A stretch of DNA of 20,784 nucleotides from Candidatus Methylomirabilia bacterium (GCA_041496385.1 JBGQEL010000075.1:1-20784), one strand, 5' to 3'. Shown: positions 1-9,492, counted from the stretch's first letter. Notes: a model not told the origin generated them from the letters alone. Translations and numbers: made by a program.

Positions 1-1
1 C

Positions 2-157
2 CACGCCCTCGTCGGGCTCGAGCCGACGATCGACAGCGGCAGCTACCTCCAGCAGACGCTCGGCTATCTCACGCAGAACGCGCCGTCGTTCTCGCTGCGC
101 GGCGGCACGCGCGAGATCCTGCGCGGCATCATCGCGCGCGGCCTGGGTTTGCGATGA
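2..157 (+). CDS. acyl-CoA dehydrogenase, C-terminal fragment (5' partial)
   Basis: Frame 2 reads HALVGLEPTIDSGSYLQQTLGYLTQNAPSFSLRGGTREILRGIIARGLGLR*. The SLRGGTxEILRGIIARGLGL ending is typical of ACADs. Stop TGA at 155-157. Confidence 0.88.
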   Translation, partial: HALVGLEPTIDSGSYLQQTLGYLTQNAPSFSLRGGTREILRGIIARGLGLR

Positions 158-285
158 GCGACGCGCGCCTCTCTCGGGCCACCCACGGCGCACGCCGGCC
201 TCGCGGACCCCGCTACAGAATGAGCGACGCGCGCCTCTCTCGGGCCACCCACGACGCACGCCGGCCTCGCGGACCCCGGTACAGA
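154..285 (+). repeat. direct tandem repeat, 2 x 66 bp
   Basis: 154-219 and 220-285 match at 64/66 positions (atgagcgacgcgcgcctctctcgggccacccacg[g/a]cgcacgccggcctcgcggaccccg[c/g]tacaga). The downstream gene also starts ATGAGCGA. Confidence 0.95.
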
Positions 286-288
286 TGA
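154..288 (+). CDS. putative 44-aa repeat-encoded mini-ORF (MSDARLSRATHGARRPRGPRYR x2)
   Basis: ATG 154-156 overlaps the upstream TGA (ATGA). Its TGA 286-288 overlaps the downstream ATG at 285 (ATGA). Translation is unproven. Confidence 0.35.
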   Translation: MSDARLSRATHGARRPRGPRYRMSDARLSRATHDARRPRGPRYR

Positions 289-1343
289 GCGAGGCCAGCG
301 CGCTCCTCGGCGACGTCGTCACGCGGCTCCTCACCGAGCGCGTGACGCGCGAGCTCCTCGAGACCTCGGAGAAGGGCGAGTGGCCCGCGGCCCTCTGGCA
401 GGCCGTGGAGGAGAACGGCCTCACGCTCCCGCTCGTGCCCGAGGCGCAGGGCGGCGCCGGCATCGCGTGGAGCGACGCCTATCTGATCGTCAGCGCGGCC
501 GGCCGCCATGCGGCGCCGATCCCGCTCCCCGAGACCGTCGTCGCCTCCTGGCTCCTGGCGGGCGCGGGCCTCGAGGTGCCGTCGGGCCCGCTGACGCTCG
601 CGCCGTCACAGCGGGAGGAGCGTCTCGCGCTCGCGCGGCGGGACGGGGGCTGGCGCGTGACCGGCACGGCCACGCGCGTGCCCTGGGGCCGCGCGGCCAA
701 GCACGTCGTCGTCGTGGACGAGGTCGACGGCCGGGCGACGGTCGCGCTCGTCGCCACGCGCGGCGCGCGCGTCACGCCCGACACGAACATCGCGCGCGAG
801 CCCCGCGACACCCTCGACTTCGACGCTTCGCCCGTCCTCGCCGCCGGGGCGGCCCATCCCGCCGTGCCGCGTGAGGCGCTCCGCCTCTACGGCGCGATGG
901 TCCGCGCGGCGCAGATGGCGGGCGGCCTCGAGGCCGCGCTGGCGATGGCAACGCGCTACGCGACCGAGCGGCGCCAGTTCGGGAAGGCCATCGGCCAGTT
1001 CCAGGCGATCCAGCAGAACCTCGCGGTCCTCGCGGGCCACGCCGCGGCCGCGGGCATGGCCGCCGCGAACGCCTTCCGCGCGGCCGACCGCGGCGACCTC
1101 GAGTTCGAGGTGGCCGTGGCGAAGACGCGCGTGGGCGAGGCGGCTGGCGTCGCCGCCGGGATCGCCCACCAGACCCACGGCGCGATCGGCTTCACCTACG
1201 AGCACCATCTCCAATTCGTCACCCGGCGCCTCTGGTCCTGGCGGGCGGAGTTCGGCGGCGAGAGCGAATGGGCGGCGGCGCTGGGCCGCTCGGTCGCCGA
1301 GCGCGGCGCCGACGCGCTCTGGCCCTTCCTCACGGCGCGCTGA
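285..1343 (+). CDS. acyl-CoA dehydrogenase family protein (probable second subunit of a heteromeric ACAD)
   Basis: 352 aa; motifs YATERRQFGKAIGQFQAIQ and AHQTHGAIGFTYEH; tandem with the upstream ACAD. Confidence 0.92.
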   Translation: MSEASALLGDVVTRLLTERVTRELLETSEKGEWPAALWQAVEENGLTLPLVPEAQGGAGIAWSDAYLIVSAAGRHAAPIPLPETVVASWLLAGAGLEVPSGPLTLAPSQREERLALARRDGGWRVTGTATRVPWGRAAKHVVVVDEVDGRATVALVATRGARVTPDTNIAREPRDTLDFDASPVLAAGAAHPAVPREALRLYGAMVRAAQMAGGLEAALAMATRYATERRQFGKAIGQFQAIQQNLAVLAGHAAAAGMAAANAFRAADRGDLEFEVAVAKTRVGEAAGVAAGIAHQTHGAIGFTYEHHLQFVTRRLWSWRAEFGGESEWAAALGRSVAERGADALWPFLTAR

Positions 1344-1359
1344 GGTCGGCCGGCGCTTC

Positions 1360-2118
1360 GTGCCCCGCGTCCTGTTCGACCACATCGCGATCGCCGTGCC
1401 GCGCATGGCGGACGCGCCTGCATTCCTCGTCGGTGAGCTGGGCGGCGCGCCGTATCACGGCGGGCCGTCGGGCGCGTACACCTTCGGCCAGTGGCGATAC
1501 GAGGGCGGCGGCGTGCTCGAGGTCCTCGAGCCGCGCGGCGCCGACGGCTTCCTCCACCGGTTTCTCGCCCAGCGCGGTCCCGGCGTCCATCACGTGACGT
1601 TCCGTGTGCCGGGCCTGCTGCGCGACGCGTGCGCGCGCGCCGAAGCCCAGGGCTACGAGATCGTCGGCCACGACGACTCCAATCCCGAATGGCAGGAGGC
1701 GTTTCTGCATCCCAGGCAGGCGCTCGGCATCGTCGTCCAGATCGTCGCGTCGGCACCACGCCCGCGGCAGCCGCCGCGGCGCGCGGGCAAGGAGCGCCGG
1801 CCCCGCTGGCAGCATCCGCCCGGCCCGCCGAACCCGCCGCCCGCGGTGAGGGTGATGGGGCTGCACATGCGCGCGCACTCACGCGCGCGCGCCCGCGCTC
1901 AGTGGGCGGAGATACTCCGGGGCGAGGCACGCGAGGCGGATGGTGGGCTGGTCTTCACCTGGCCGGGCTCACCGATGGACATTGCCGTCGAGATCGACCC
2001 GGCGCGCGCCGAGGGCCCGCTCGGGATCGAGCTGGCGAGCCCGCGGGCGCTCGCTCTCCCGGCGGGACCGCACCCGGTGCTGGGTGCGGTCTTCGGCCGC
2101 CGGGAAGGCGAGGCGTGA
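1360..2118 (+). CDS. VOC/glyoxalase family protein, methylmalonyl-CoA epimerase-like N-domain
   Basis: GTG at 1360 in the frame of ORF 871..2118; FDHIAIAV, LEVLEP, FLAQRGPGVHHVTF, EAFLHPRQALGIVVQ. Confidence 0.82.
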   Translation: MPRVLFDHIAIAVPRMADAPAFLVGELGGAPYHGGPSGAYTFGQWRYEGGGVLEVLEPRGADGFLHRFLAQRGPGVHHVTFRVPGLLRDACARAEAQGYEIVGHDDSNPEWQEAFLHPRQALGIVVQIVASAPRPRQPPRRAGKERRPRWQHPPGPPNPPPAVRVMGLHMRAHSRARARAQWAEILRGEAREADGGLVFTWPGSPMDIAVEIDPARAEGPLGIELASPRALALPAGPHPVLGAVFGRREGEA

Positions 2119-2126
2119 GCCGCGCG

Positions 2127-2483
2127 CTATGCCTTGGTCTTCACGAGCTCCTCGGCGCAGGCGGTCGCCAGTCCTGAGTTAGGCGTCTTGTCCCCGCGGG
2201 GCGTGGCCCAGCCGCCCTCTTCGACGAACTGCCGCTGCTTCCACGAATCGAACTTCTGGAACTCGGCGAGCTTCGTGGGCAGGTTGGGCTGTCGCATGAA
2301 GCTCGCGACGCAAGAGGGAGTGAGCGCCACGACCACGGCCGAGTTGGTGCGCTCCGCCGCCATCCGCTCGGCGGTGCTGCCGAGGACCCAGCCCATCCAT
2401 GAAAAGCCGACGATCATGATCGCGATGGCGCCGACGATCACACCCCAGACAGCTGGTTTGAGCCACGGTATGTGCAGTTTCAT
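2127..2483 (-). CDS. hypothetical membrane-anchored protein (118 aa, two Cys)
   Basis: AGGAGG RBS before ATG; N-terminal hydrophobic helix (AVWGVIVGAIAIMIVGFSW); C-domain with Cys in PSCV and TACA and a GGWAT motif. Confidence 0.82.
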   Translation of the reverse strand: MKLHIPWLKPAVWGVIVGAIAIMIVGFSWMGWVLGSTAERMAAERTNSAVVVALTPSCVASFMRQPNLPTKLAEFQKFDSWKQRQFVEEGGWATPRGDKTPNSGLATACAEELVKTKA

Positions 2484-2519
2484 GAGACGCCTCCTGTTTC
2501 TGGTAGAAAAATACCTTCC

Positions 2520-3539
2520 TCACTTCCGTGCTACAGACCGCCTCCGGACGCGTGGGTGACCGGCCGCCTGCCGGTCGCCGTTCTGTCGGACCAGAAGGGC
2601 CGCGAGCATTTCGATCGCCCGCTGGTCCAGGGCCCGGTCGTCGATCATCACCTGGACGGCGGGGCCCGTGAGCCGCCGGACCCGTTCGGCCGCCGCGGTG
2701 GAGCAGACGATGACGTCAACGCGCCGCACCAGGCGAGCCAGCGCGACCCCTTCGGCGGGGCAGGCGCCGACGAGCACGATGTTCGGCAGACCGGCGTTCG
2801 CGATCGAGTGCTCCAGGTTGTGCGCCGTCTCGACGGTGATGGAGGCCACGCCCACGCGCGTACCCGAAGGGAGCTGGGCCAGGCGGTGGAGCGTTTCGAG
2901 ATGCGCCTCGGCGAGGAGCGCGATCACCGGGATCCCTCTGCCGTGGAGGAGCCGCTCCACCTCCGGGAGATGGCAGAAGCTCGTGACCGCCGCCCGCCAG
3001 CGACCGGCGTGCTTGCGGCGCCGGGCGACCACCGGAAGCTCGCGGAGGAGGACCTTGTCGACGCGGACGGGGAGGTGGGCCTCGAGCTGCCGCGAAAAGA
3101 AATCGAGCTCCGGCGGGCTGCCCTCGACGAGGAGGACCTCGACGGCCCCCTGAACGGCGGCGGGCCGGATTCCGGTCAGGCTCAGCACGCCCACCGACAG
3201 GTCGTCGGCGGTCATCCCGAGGGCCGCGGCCCGGATCACGATATCTTGCAGGAACTCCTCGCGCAGGTGAGGGGAGGGCCGGGCCGGCGGCGCCGAGGCC
3301 ACGAACACGCCCTTCCCCTGGTGGGCCTGCACGTATCCGCTTCGCTTGAGATCCTCGATGGCTCGCGCGACGGTGTTCGGATTGATGCCCAGGAAGCCGG
3401 CGAGCTCTCGCATGCTGGGCAGCGCCTCGTCCCGTGGCATGCGGCCACCCTCGATGGCGTGCCTGAGCTGCTCCGTCAGCTGCCGCCGGATCGGGATCGG
3501 ACTGCGCTCGTCCACCCGCAGGTCCATCGGGATTCTCAT
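2520..3539 (-). CDS. GntR family transcriptional regulator (YtrA-type HTH, long PlmA-like C-domain)
   Basis: SPIPIRRQL...LPSMRELAGFLGINPNTVARAIEDLKRSGYV...GKGVFV winged HTH; 339 aa; alternative start ATG at 3527. Confidence 0.92.
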   Translation of the reverse strand: MRIPMDLRVDERSPIPIRRQLTEQLRHAIEGGRMPRDEALPSMRELAGFLGINPNTVARAIEDLKRSGYVQAHQGKGVFVASAPPARPSPHLREEFLQDIVIRAAALGMTADDLSVGVLSLTGIRPAAVQGAVEVLLVEGSPPELDFFSRQLEAHLPVRVDKVLLRELPVVARRRKHAGRWRAAVTSFCHLPEVERLLHGRGIPVIALLAEAHLETLHRLAQLPSGTRVGVASITVETAHNLEHSIANAGLPNIVLVGACPAEGVALARLVRRVDVIVCSTAAAERVRRLTGPAVQVMIDDRALDQRAIEMLAALLVRQNGDRQAAGHPRVRRRSVARK

Positions 3540-3540
3540 G

Positions 3541-3564
3541 ACTGTATTAGGATAGTAGTACAGT
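3541..3564. promoter_or_regulatory. palindromic operator 1 (candidate GntR/YtrA site)
   Basis: ACTGTATTAGGATAGTAGTACAGT = ACTGTA-N12-TACAGT, i.e. TGTAyTA-N6-TArTACA. Confidence 0.75.
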
Positions 3565-3580
3565 TGATCAATCCAGTCAA
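3552..3580 (-). promoter_or_regulatory. sigma70-type promoter for gntR
   Basis: Minus strand TTGACT (3580-3575), 17-nt spacer, TACTAT (3557-3552). The -10 lies inside operator 1. Confidence 0.65.
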
Positions 3581-3584
3581 ACTC

Positions 3585-3608
3585 AGTGTACTAGTTTAGT
3601 GGTACACT
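3585..3608. promoter_or_regulatory. palindromic operator 2, overlapping the extended -10 of groES
   Basis: AGTGTACTAGTTTAGTGGTACACT = AGTGTAC-N10-GTACACT, same geometry as operator 1 and 44 bp from it. Contains TG-G-TACACT (3600-3608) on the + strand. Confidence 0.75.
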
Positions 3609-3668
3609 CAGCCCGCTGGTCAATTCCACAGCCGCGTCCCACCACAACTGGAAGAGGGAGACACTCGT

Positions 3669-3980
3669 ATGGCTCAGGCACTCAAGCAGATGAAGCTGCG
3701 TCCGCTCCACGACCGCGTGTTCGTCAAGCGCCTCAAGGAAGGGGACGAGAAGCACGGCCGCATCATCATCCCCGACTCCGCCAAGGAGAAGCCGCAGGAG
3801 GGCCAGGTGGTCGCCGTGGGCGCCGGCAGGATCAGCGACGGCGGCAAGAAGATCCCCCTCGGGGTGAAGGCGGGCGACCGGATCCTCTTCGGCAAGTACT
3901 CCGGCAGCGAGGTCAAGCTGGACGGGGAGGAGTACCTGATCATGAAGGAGGAGGACGTCCTCGGCATCCTCGCCTCGTGA
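3669..3980 (+). CDS. groES: co-chaperonin GroES
   Basis: [71 protein letters not shown]. Confidence 0.98.
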   Translation: MAQALKQMKLRPLHDRVFVKRLKEGDEKHGRIIIPDSAKEKPQEGQVVAVGAGRISDGGKKIPLGVKAGDRILFGKYSGSEVKLDGEEYLIMKEEDVLGILAS

Positions 3981-4034
3981 ACGGACGTCTCGGCAGCCGT
4001 CAACCATTCGCGCACATTCGGGAGGAACGTATCC

Positions 4035-5654
<1,620 letters not shown>

Positions 5655-5685
5655 CCGCAGCGCGCGCACGCACGCTCGTGGCGCT

Positions 5686-5714
5686 CGTCGGGCCGGCGCT
5701 CCGCCGGCCCGACG
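5686..5714. terminator. GC-rich hairpin between convergent genes
   Basis: Perfect 13-bp stem CGTCGGGCCGGCG-ctc-CGCCGGCCCGACG; no U-tract. Confidence 0.6.
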
Positions 5715-5717
5715 GCG

Positions 5718-6287
5718 CTAGGGCCTGACGAGCTTCGCCCGCAGCTTTTCCACCTGCTCGTGGAAGGGCAGGCCCCCGCGCGCGGTCATCGGCGTCTTGT
5801 CGGCGAGGCCCGTGTGCAGCTCGACCAGGATCGGCCCGGGATCGCTCAGCATCGACGGCAGGCGCTTCTTGAAGTCGTCCATCTCGCGCACCGCGTACGC
5901 CTGGCGGTAGCCCGCCCCCTTCGCCATGGTCACGAAGTCCACCTGCAGGCCGCCCGGGATCTCCTGCGAGCCCGAGGTGTGATAGACGCCGTTCTTGAAC
6001 AGCAGATGCGTCAGGTTGCGCGGCGCGCCGCCGGCGATGGTCGCGAGCGAGCCGAGCTGCATCAGGAGCGAGCCGTCGCCGTCGAAGATGACGACGCGCC
6101 GGTCGGGCTGCGCGAGCGCCAGGCCGAGGCCCATCGCCGAGGCGCCGCCCATGAAGCCGACGCAGCCGACGGAGAGATCGTCGGGGGCGATCTCGCGCCA
6201 GGCGGGCGATGTGGTCATGGTCGGGATGCAGATGGCGTCGCCGCGGGCGGCGGCGATCGCGCGCAGGACGTCCTCGGGCTTGAGCAT
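5718..6287 (-). CDS. TPP-dependent decarboxylase beta subunit (ComE / phosphonopyruvate decarboxylase-like)
   Basis: Starts MLKPEDVL; ATG overlaps the alpha-subunit stop (TGATG); FMGGASAMGLGLALA and TPP motif DGDGSLLM...FKNG. Confidence 0.88.
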   Translation of the reverse strand: MLKPEDVLRAIAAARGDAICIPTMTTSPAWREIAPDDLSVGCVGFMGGASAMGLGLALAQPDRRVVIFDGDGSLLMQLGSLATIAGGAPRNLTHLLFKNGVYHTSGSQEIPGGLQVDFVTMAKGAGYRQAYAVREMDDFKKRLPSMLSDPGPILVELHTGLADKTPMTARGGLPFHEQVEKLRAKLVRP

Positions 6288-6847
6288 CAGATGGTCTCCA
6301 GGCCCACGAGCACGGCGGCGGGCCCGCGGCGCTTCTGCGCGAGCCGGTAGTACTCGGGAATGAGGTGCACGTCGTTCGGCCCCTCGAGCCGCGCGTGCGG
6401 CACGCCGAAGGTGTCGAGCAGGGGCTCGGCGTAGCGGACCATCGAGTGACGCGACTCGCGCGGGTCCTTGTCCTTCTCGCGCGAGAGCAGCCCGATCATG
6501 TAGAAGACCGGCACGCGCCCGTCCATGGACACGCCGCGCAGCGTGTTGATCGAGGCGTAGAGGCCGGCGTGCTGGATCATGAGCACGCAGGGCTCGCCGC
6601 CCATCCAGAGGCCCGCGGCGGTCGTGCACGCCTCGTCCTCCGTGGCGCAGGTGAGGACGCGGAGCGCCTGCTCCTTGTCGAGCGCGGCGAGCACGGACTT
6701 CTGGTGGGTGTCGGGCACGCTCAGGATCCAGCCGAGGTGCTGATGGCGCGAGGGCACCGTGCGCTCGGCCGCGAGGGCCTGGCGGGCCTCCTTGAAGGTG
6801 TCCTTGAGCGTGTCGATGATGAGCGGCGCGGGAATCGATTCGGGCAT
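6287..6847 (-). CDS. TPP-dependent decarboxylase alpha subunit (ComD-like PYR domain)
   Basis: GAGGAGG RBS before ATG 6847 (MPESIPAP); SVPDT, TEDEACTTAAGLWMGG, LMIQHAGLYASIN. Confidence 0.85.
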   Translation of the reverse strand: MPESIPAPLIIDTLKDTFKEARQALAAERTVPSRHQHLGWILSVPDTHQKSVLAALDKEQALRVLTCATEDEACTTAAGLWMGGEPCVLMIQHAGLYASINTLRGVSMDGRVPVFYMIGLLSREKDKDPRESRHSMVRYAEPLLDTFGVPHARLEGPNDVHLIPEYYRLAQKRRGPAAVLVGLETI

Positions 6848-7004
6848 GGGCGCGCCTCCTCTGCGCGGATCGCCATATCCTAACCCCATCCGATCCGCCT
6901 TTCCGGAAAATGGCTGAGAATTGATCGTCCACGAATTTTACGTTCCCGCGAAGTCGCTCGCGTCGTCTCCGCGCAACCACCTGAATTGCCGCGTCCGATC
7001 GCGG

Positions 7005-7020
7005 TGGCGTGCGCGTTGCA
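7005..7020 (+). promoter_or_regulatory. candidate sigma54 (-24/-12) promoter
   Basis: TGGCGTGCGCGTTGCA: GG-N10-GC, close to the TGGCAC-N5-TTGCW consensus; 24 nt before an RBS-preceded ATG. Confidence 0.55.
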
Positions 7021-7044
7021 CCTCATGTCGCCGCGGAGGCCGCC

Positions 7045-7239
7045 ATGAACTCCCGTTTCGGATCGATCGCGCGGTGGCTGCATCGCTCCCAGCACGCGGC
7101 TGCACGACCCCGGGCCGCCGGCTTCGAGGATCTCTGGTTCGCCGCGGCGATCGCCGTCACGGCGACCCTCGGTGTCGCGGTCCTGCTCGAGGTGGTCCTG
7201 CGCACCACGGTGTTCTGCCTCGCCGGCCGGACCTGCTGA
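7045..7239 (+). CDS. small hypothetical membrane protein (64 aa)
   Basis: GGAGG at 7035-7039, ATG 7045; one hydrophobic segment (LWFAAAIAVTATLGVAVLLEVVL); ends FCLAGRTC. Confidence 0.6.
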   Translation: MNSRFGSIARWLHRSQHAAARPRAAGFEDLWFAAAIAVTATLGVAVLLEVVLRTTVFCLAGRTC

Positions 7240-7342
7240 CCGCCTCCCTTTTCGGCCCGCTCCCGCCACGGCCGCGCGGTAGTATCATCGAGATTGCGCC
7301 GCCGTCTCGCGCGCCAATCGAAGTCGCCAGAAAGGATGTGTC

Positions 7343-8020
7343 ATGCGGAGAGCCTTCCCGTGGTCGGCCTTCGTCGTCCTGCTGTGCGTGCTTGCCGTCC
7401 CGGCCGCCGCCCAGGAGCTGAAGACCGACGAGCAGAAGACCCTGTACGCGCTGGGCCTCGTCATCAGCCAGAATCTCGGCACCTTCAACCTGAGCGCGAT
7501 GGACCTCGAGGCGGTGAAGGCCGGCATCACCGACGGCGTCCTCAAGAAGGAGTCGAAGGTGGATCTGCAGACCTTCGGGCCGAAGATCCAGGCGCTTCAA
7601 TCGGCGCGACAGACGGTCGTGGCCGCCGCGGAGCACAAGGCGGGTGAGGCGTTTCTCGCGAAGGCGGCGGCCGAGAAGGGCGCGACCAAGACGCCCTCGG
7701 GGCTGATCATCACCACGCTCACGGCCGGCACCGGCCCCTCGCCGAAGGCGAGCGAGAAGGTCAAGGTCCACTACCACGGCACGCTCACGGACGGGACCGT
7801 GTTCGACAGTTCCGTGCAGCGGAACGAGCCGATCACGCTGCCGCTCTCGGGCGGCATCATCAAGTGCTGGACGGAAGGCGTGCCGCTCATGAAGGTGGGC
7901 GGCAAGAGCCGGCTGGTATGCCCGGCCGATCTCGCGTATGGTGACCAGGGGCGGCCGCCCCGGATCAGGCCGGGCGCGACTCTCGTCTTCGAGATCGAGC
8001 TGCTGGAAATCGCGAAGTAA
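7343..8020 (+). CDS. FKBP-type peptidyl-prolyl cis-trans isomerase (FkpA/Mip-like, exported)
   Basis: Signal peptide ending AAAQ; LYALG N-domain; VKVHYHGTLTDGTVFDSS, WTEGVPLMKVGGK, LAYG, TLVFEIELL. Confidence 0.96.
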   Translation: MRRAFPWSAFVVLLCVLAVPAAAQELKTDEQKTLYALGLVISQNLGTFNLSAMDLEAVKAGITDGVLKKESKVDLQTFGPKIQALQSARQTVVAAAEHKAGEAFLAKAAAEKGATKTPSGLIITTLTAGTGPSPKASEKVKVHYHGTLTDGTVFDSSVQRNEPITLPLSGGIIKCWTEGVPLMKVGGKSRLVCPADLAYGDQGRPPRIRPGATLVFEIELLEIAK

Positions 8021-8034
8021 GGGGAGGACGACCG

Positions 8035-8904
8035 ATGGCAGAGCGGTTCGACCGGCGCCGGCAGGACATGGGCAACATCCTCGGGCTCGAGCACGTCAAC
8101 GTGAAGGTTCCGGATCAGACGATCGCGACCGCGTTCTACGTGCAGGCGCTCGGGTTCACGCGCGACCCGTACCTCATGATGGGCACCGAGAACATGTGGA
8201 TCAACATCGGCCAGCAGCAGTTCCATCTGCCGACGGGCGATCCTCAAGTTCTGCGCGGCTGCGTCGGGCTCGTCGTGCCGGACCTCCAGGCTGTCGTCGC
8301 GAGCCTCGCCTCCCAGCGGGAGAAGCTCGCGGGGACGAAGTTCGCGTACACGGTGGAGGACAAGTACGTGGCCGTGACGTCGCCCTGGGGCAACCGCTTC
8401 CGGATCTACAGCGCCGGGCCCGAGTTCGGGGACATGACGCTCGGGATGCCCTACGTCGAGTTCCCGGTGGCGCCGGGCACGGCCGCGGGGATCGCTCGCT
8501 TCTACGAGGAGATCATGGACGCGCCGGCCGCCGTCACGCCGGACGCCAAGGGCGTCGCGGCGCACGTGAAGGTCGGCACGCGGCAGGAGCTGGTCTTCCG
8601 CGAGACGCCGGCGCCGGCGGAGCCGTACGACAAGCACCACATCGCGATCTACATCGGAGACTTCTCGGGTCCCCACCGGCGCCTCGAGGAGCTGGGCCTC
8701 GTCACCGAGGAGAGCAACGAGTACCAGTACCGCTTCGAGACGATCGTCGACCCGAAGTCGAAGGCGCCGCTCTTCGTGATCGAGCACGAGGTCCGGTGCT
8801 ACACGCACCCGATGTTCCTGCGCCCGCTGATCAACCGGAACCCCGAGCAGCGCCAGCCGACGTACCAGCGCAGGCGCGACGCCTTCTACCCGGGCGCGAA
8901 CTAG
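8035..8904 (+). CDS. VOC/glyoxalase-like two-domain protein
   Basis: GGGGAGG RBS; LEHVNV...ATAFYVQALGF, QFHLP, PWGNRFR; second module IARFYEEIM...HHIAIY. Confidence 0.75.
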   Translation: MAERFDRRRQDMGNILGLEHVNVKVPDQTIATAFYVQALGFTRDPYLMMGTENMWINIGQQQFHLPTGDPQVLRGCVGLVVPDLQAVVASLASQREKLAGTKFAYTVEDKYVAVTSPWGNRFRIYSAGPEFGDMTLGMPYVEFPVAPGTAAGIARFYEEIMDAPAAVTPDAKGVAAHVKVGTRQELVFRETPAPAEPYDKHHIAIYIGDFSGPHRRLEELGLVTEESNEYQYRFETIVDPKSKAPLFVIEHEVRCYTHPMFLRPLINRNPEQRQPTYQRRRDAFYPGAN

Positions 8905-8914
8905 CTCCCCACGT

Positions 8915-8943
8915 CGCCGGCCGGGCCCCGGCGCCGGCCGGCG
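8915..8943. terminator. GC-rich hairpin between convergent genes
   Basis: 10-bp stem CGCCGGCCGG-N9-CCGGCCGGCG. Confidence 0.45.
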
Positions 8944-8952
8944 CGGGTTCGC

Positions 8953-9492
8953 CTACGGGAGCTTCGCGGGGTAGGCGAGGATGAAGTTGTCGCGGTTCGG
9001 CATCTTCACCTTCGGGAGCGTCGCGGCGCTCATCGTGTCCCTCTCGCCGATGATGCCGTTCAGGTGCAACAGGTAGGCCGTGACCGCGTACACCTCGTCG
9101 GCGGTGAGCGTGCGCGGGTTCGTGTACGGCATCGCGCGGCGCACGTAGTCGAACACCGTCGTGGCGTACGGCCAGTAGCTGCCCACGGTCCGCACGGGAG
9201 TCCTGCTCGCAAGGGTGCCGTGGCCGCCGACGAGCCGGTCGTTCGGCTGGCCCGCGCCCTTCTCGCCGTGACAGTACTGGCACTTCTCCGCGTAGACGGC
9301 CGCGCCCGCGGCCGATGTGCCGCTCCCGGGCGGGAGCCCGCTGCCGTCGGGCAGGATGCTGATGTCCCAGCCGGCGACCTCCGCCGGCGTCGCGGCCCGC
9401 CCGAGCTTCGGGCCTTCGACGGCGGGCCGGCCCGGCGCGCAGCCGGCGACCGCGAGCGCCAGGGCGAGCGCGGCCAGGCTACGCGTAGACAT
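8953..9492 (-). CDS. monoheme cytochrome c, SoxD/SorB-like partner, probable lipoprotein
   Basis: Lipobox LAVAGC; GLPPGSGT, CQYCH heme motif, TVGSYWPYATTVFDYVRRAMP, KMPNRDNF. Confidence 0.9.
   Translation of the reverse strand: MSTRSLAALALALAVAGCAPGRPAVEGPKLGRAATPAEVAGWDISILPDGSGLPPGSGTSAAGAAVYAEKCQYCHGEKGAGQPNDRLVGGHGTLASRTPVRTVGSYWPYATTVFDYVRRAMPYTNPRTLTADEVYAVTAYLLHLNGIIGERDTMSAATLPKVKMPNRDNFILAYPAKLP

Noticed and set aside
154..285. CRISPR array
   Set aside because: Two abutting near-identical 66-bp units with no unique spacers and no cas genes.
2502..2515. GGTA-N6-TACC palindrome as a third GntR operator
   Set aside because: Arms are only 4 bp and the spacing differs from the TGTA-N12-TACA sites.
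3540..3668. CIRCE element upstream of groES
   Set aside because: Neither palindrome matches TTAGCACTC-N9-GAGTGCTAA.
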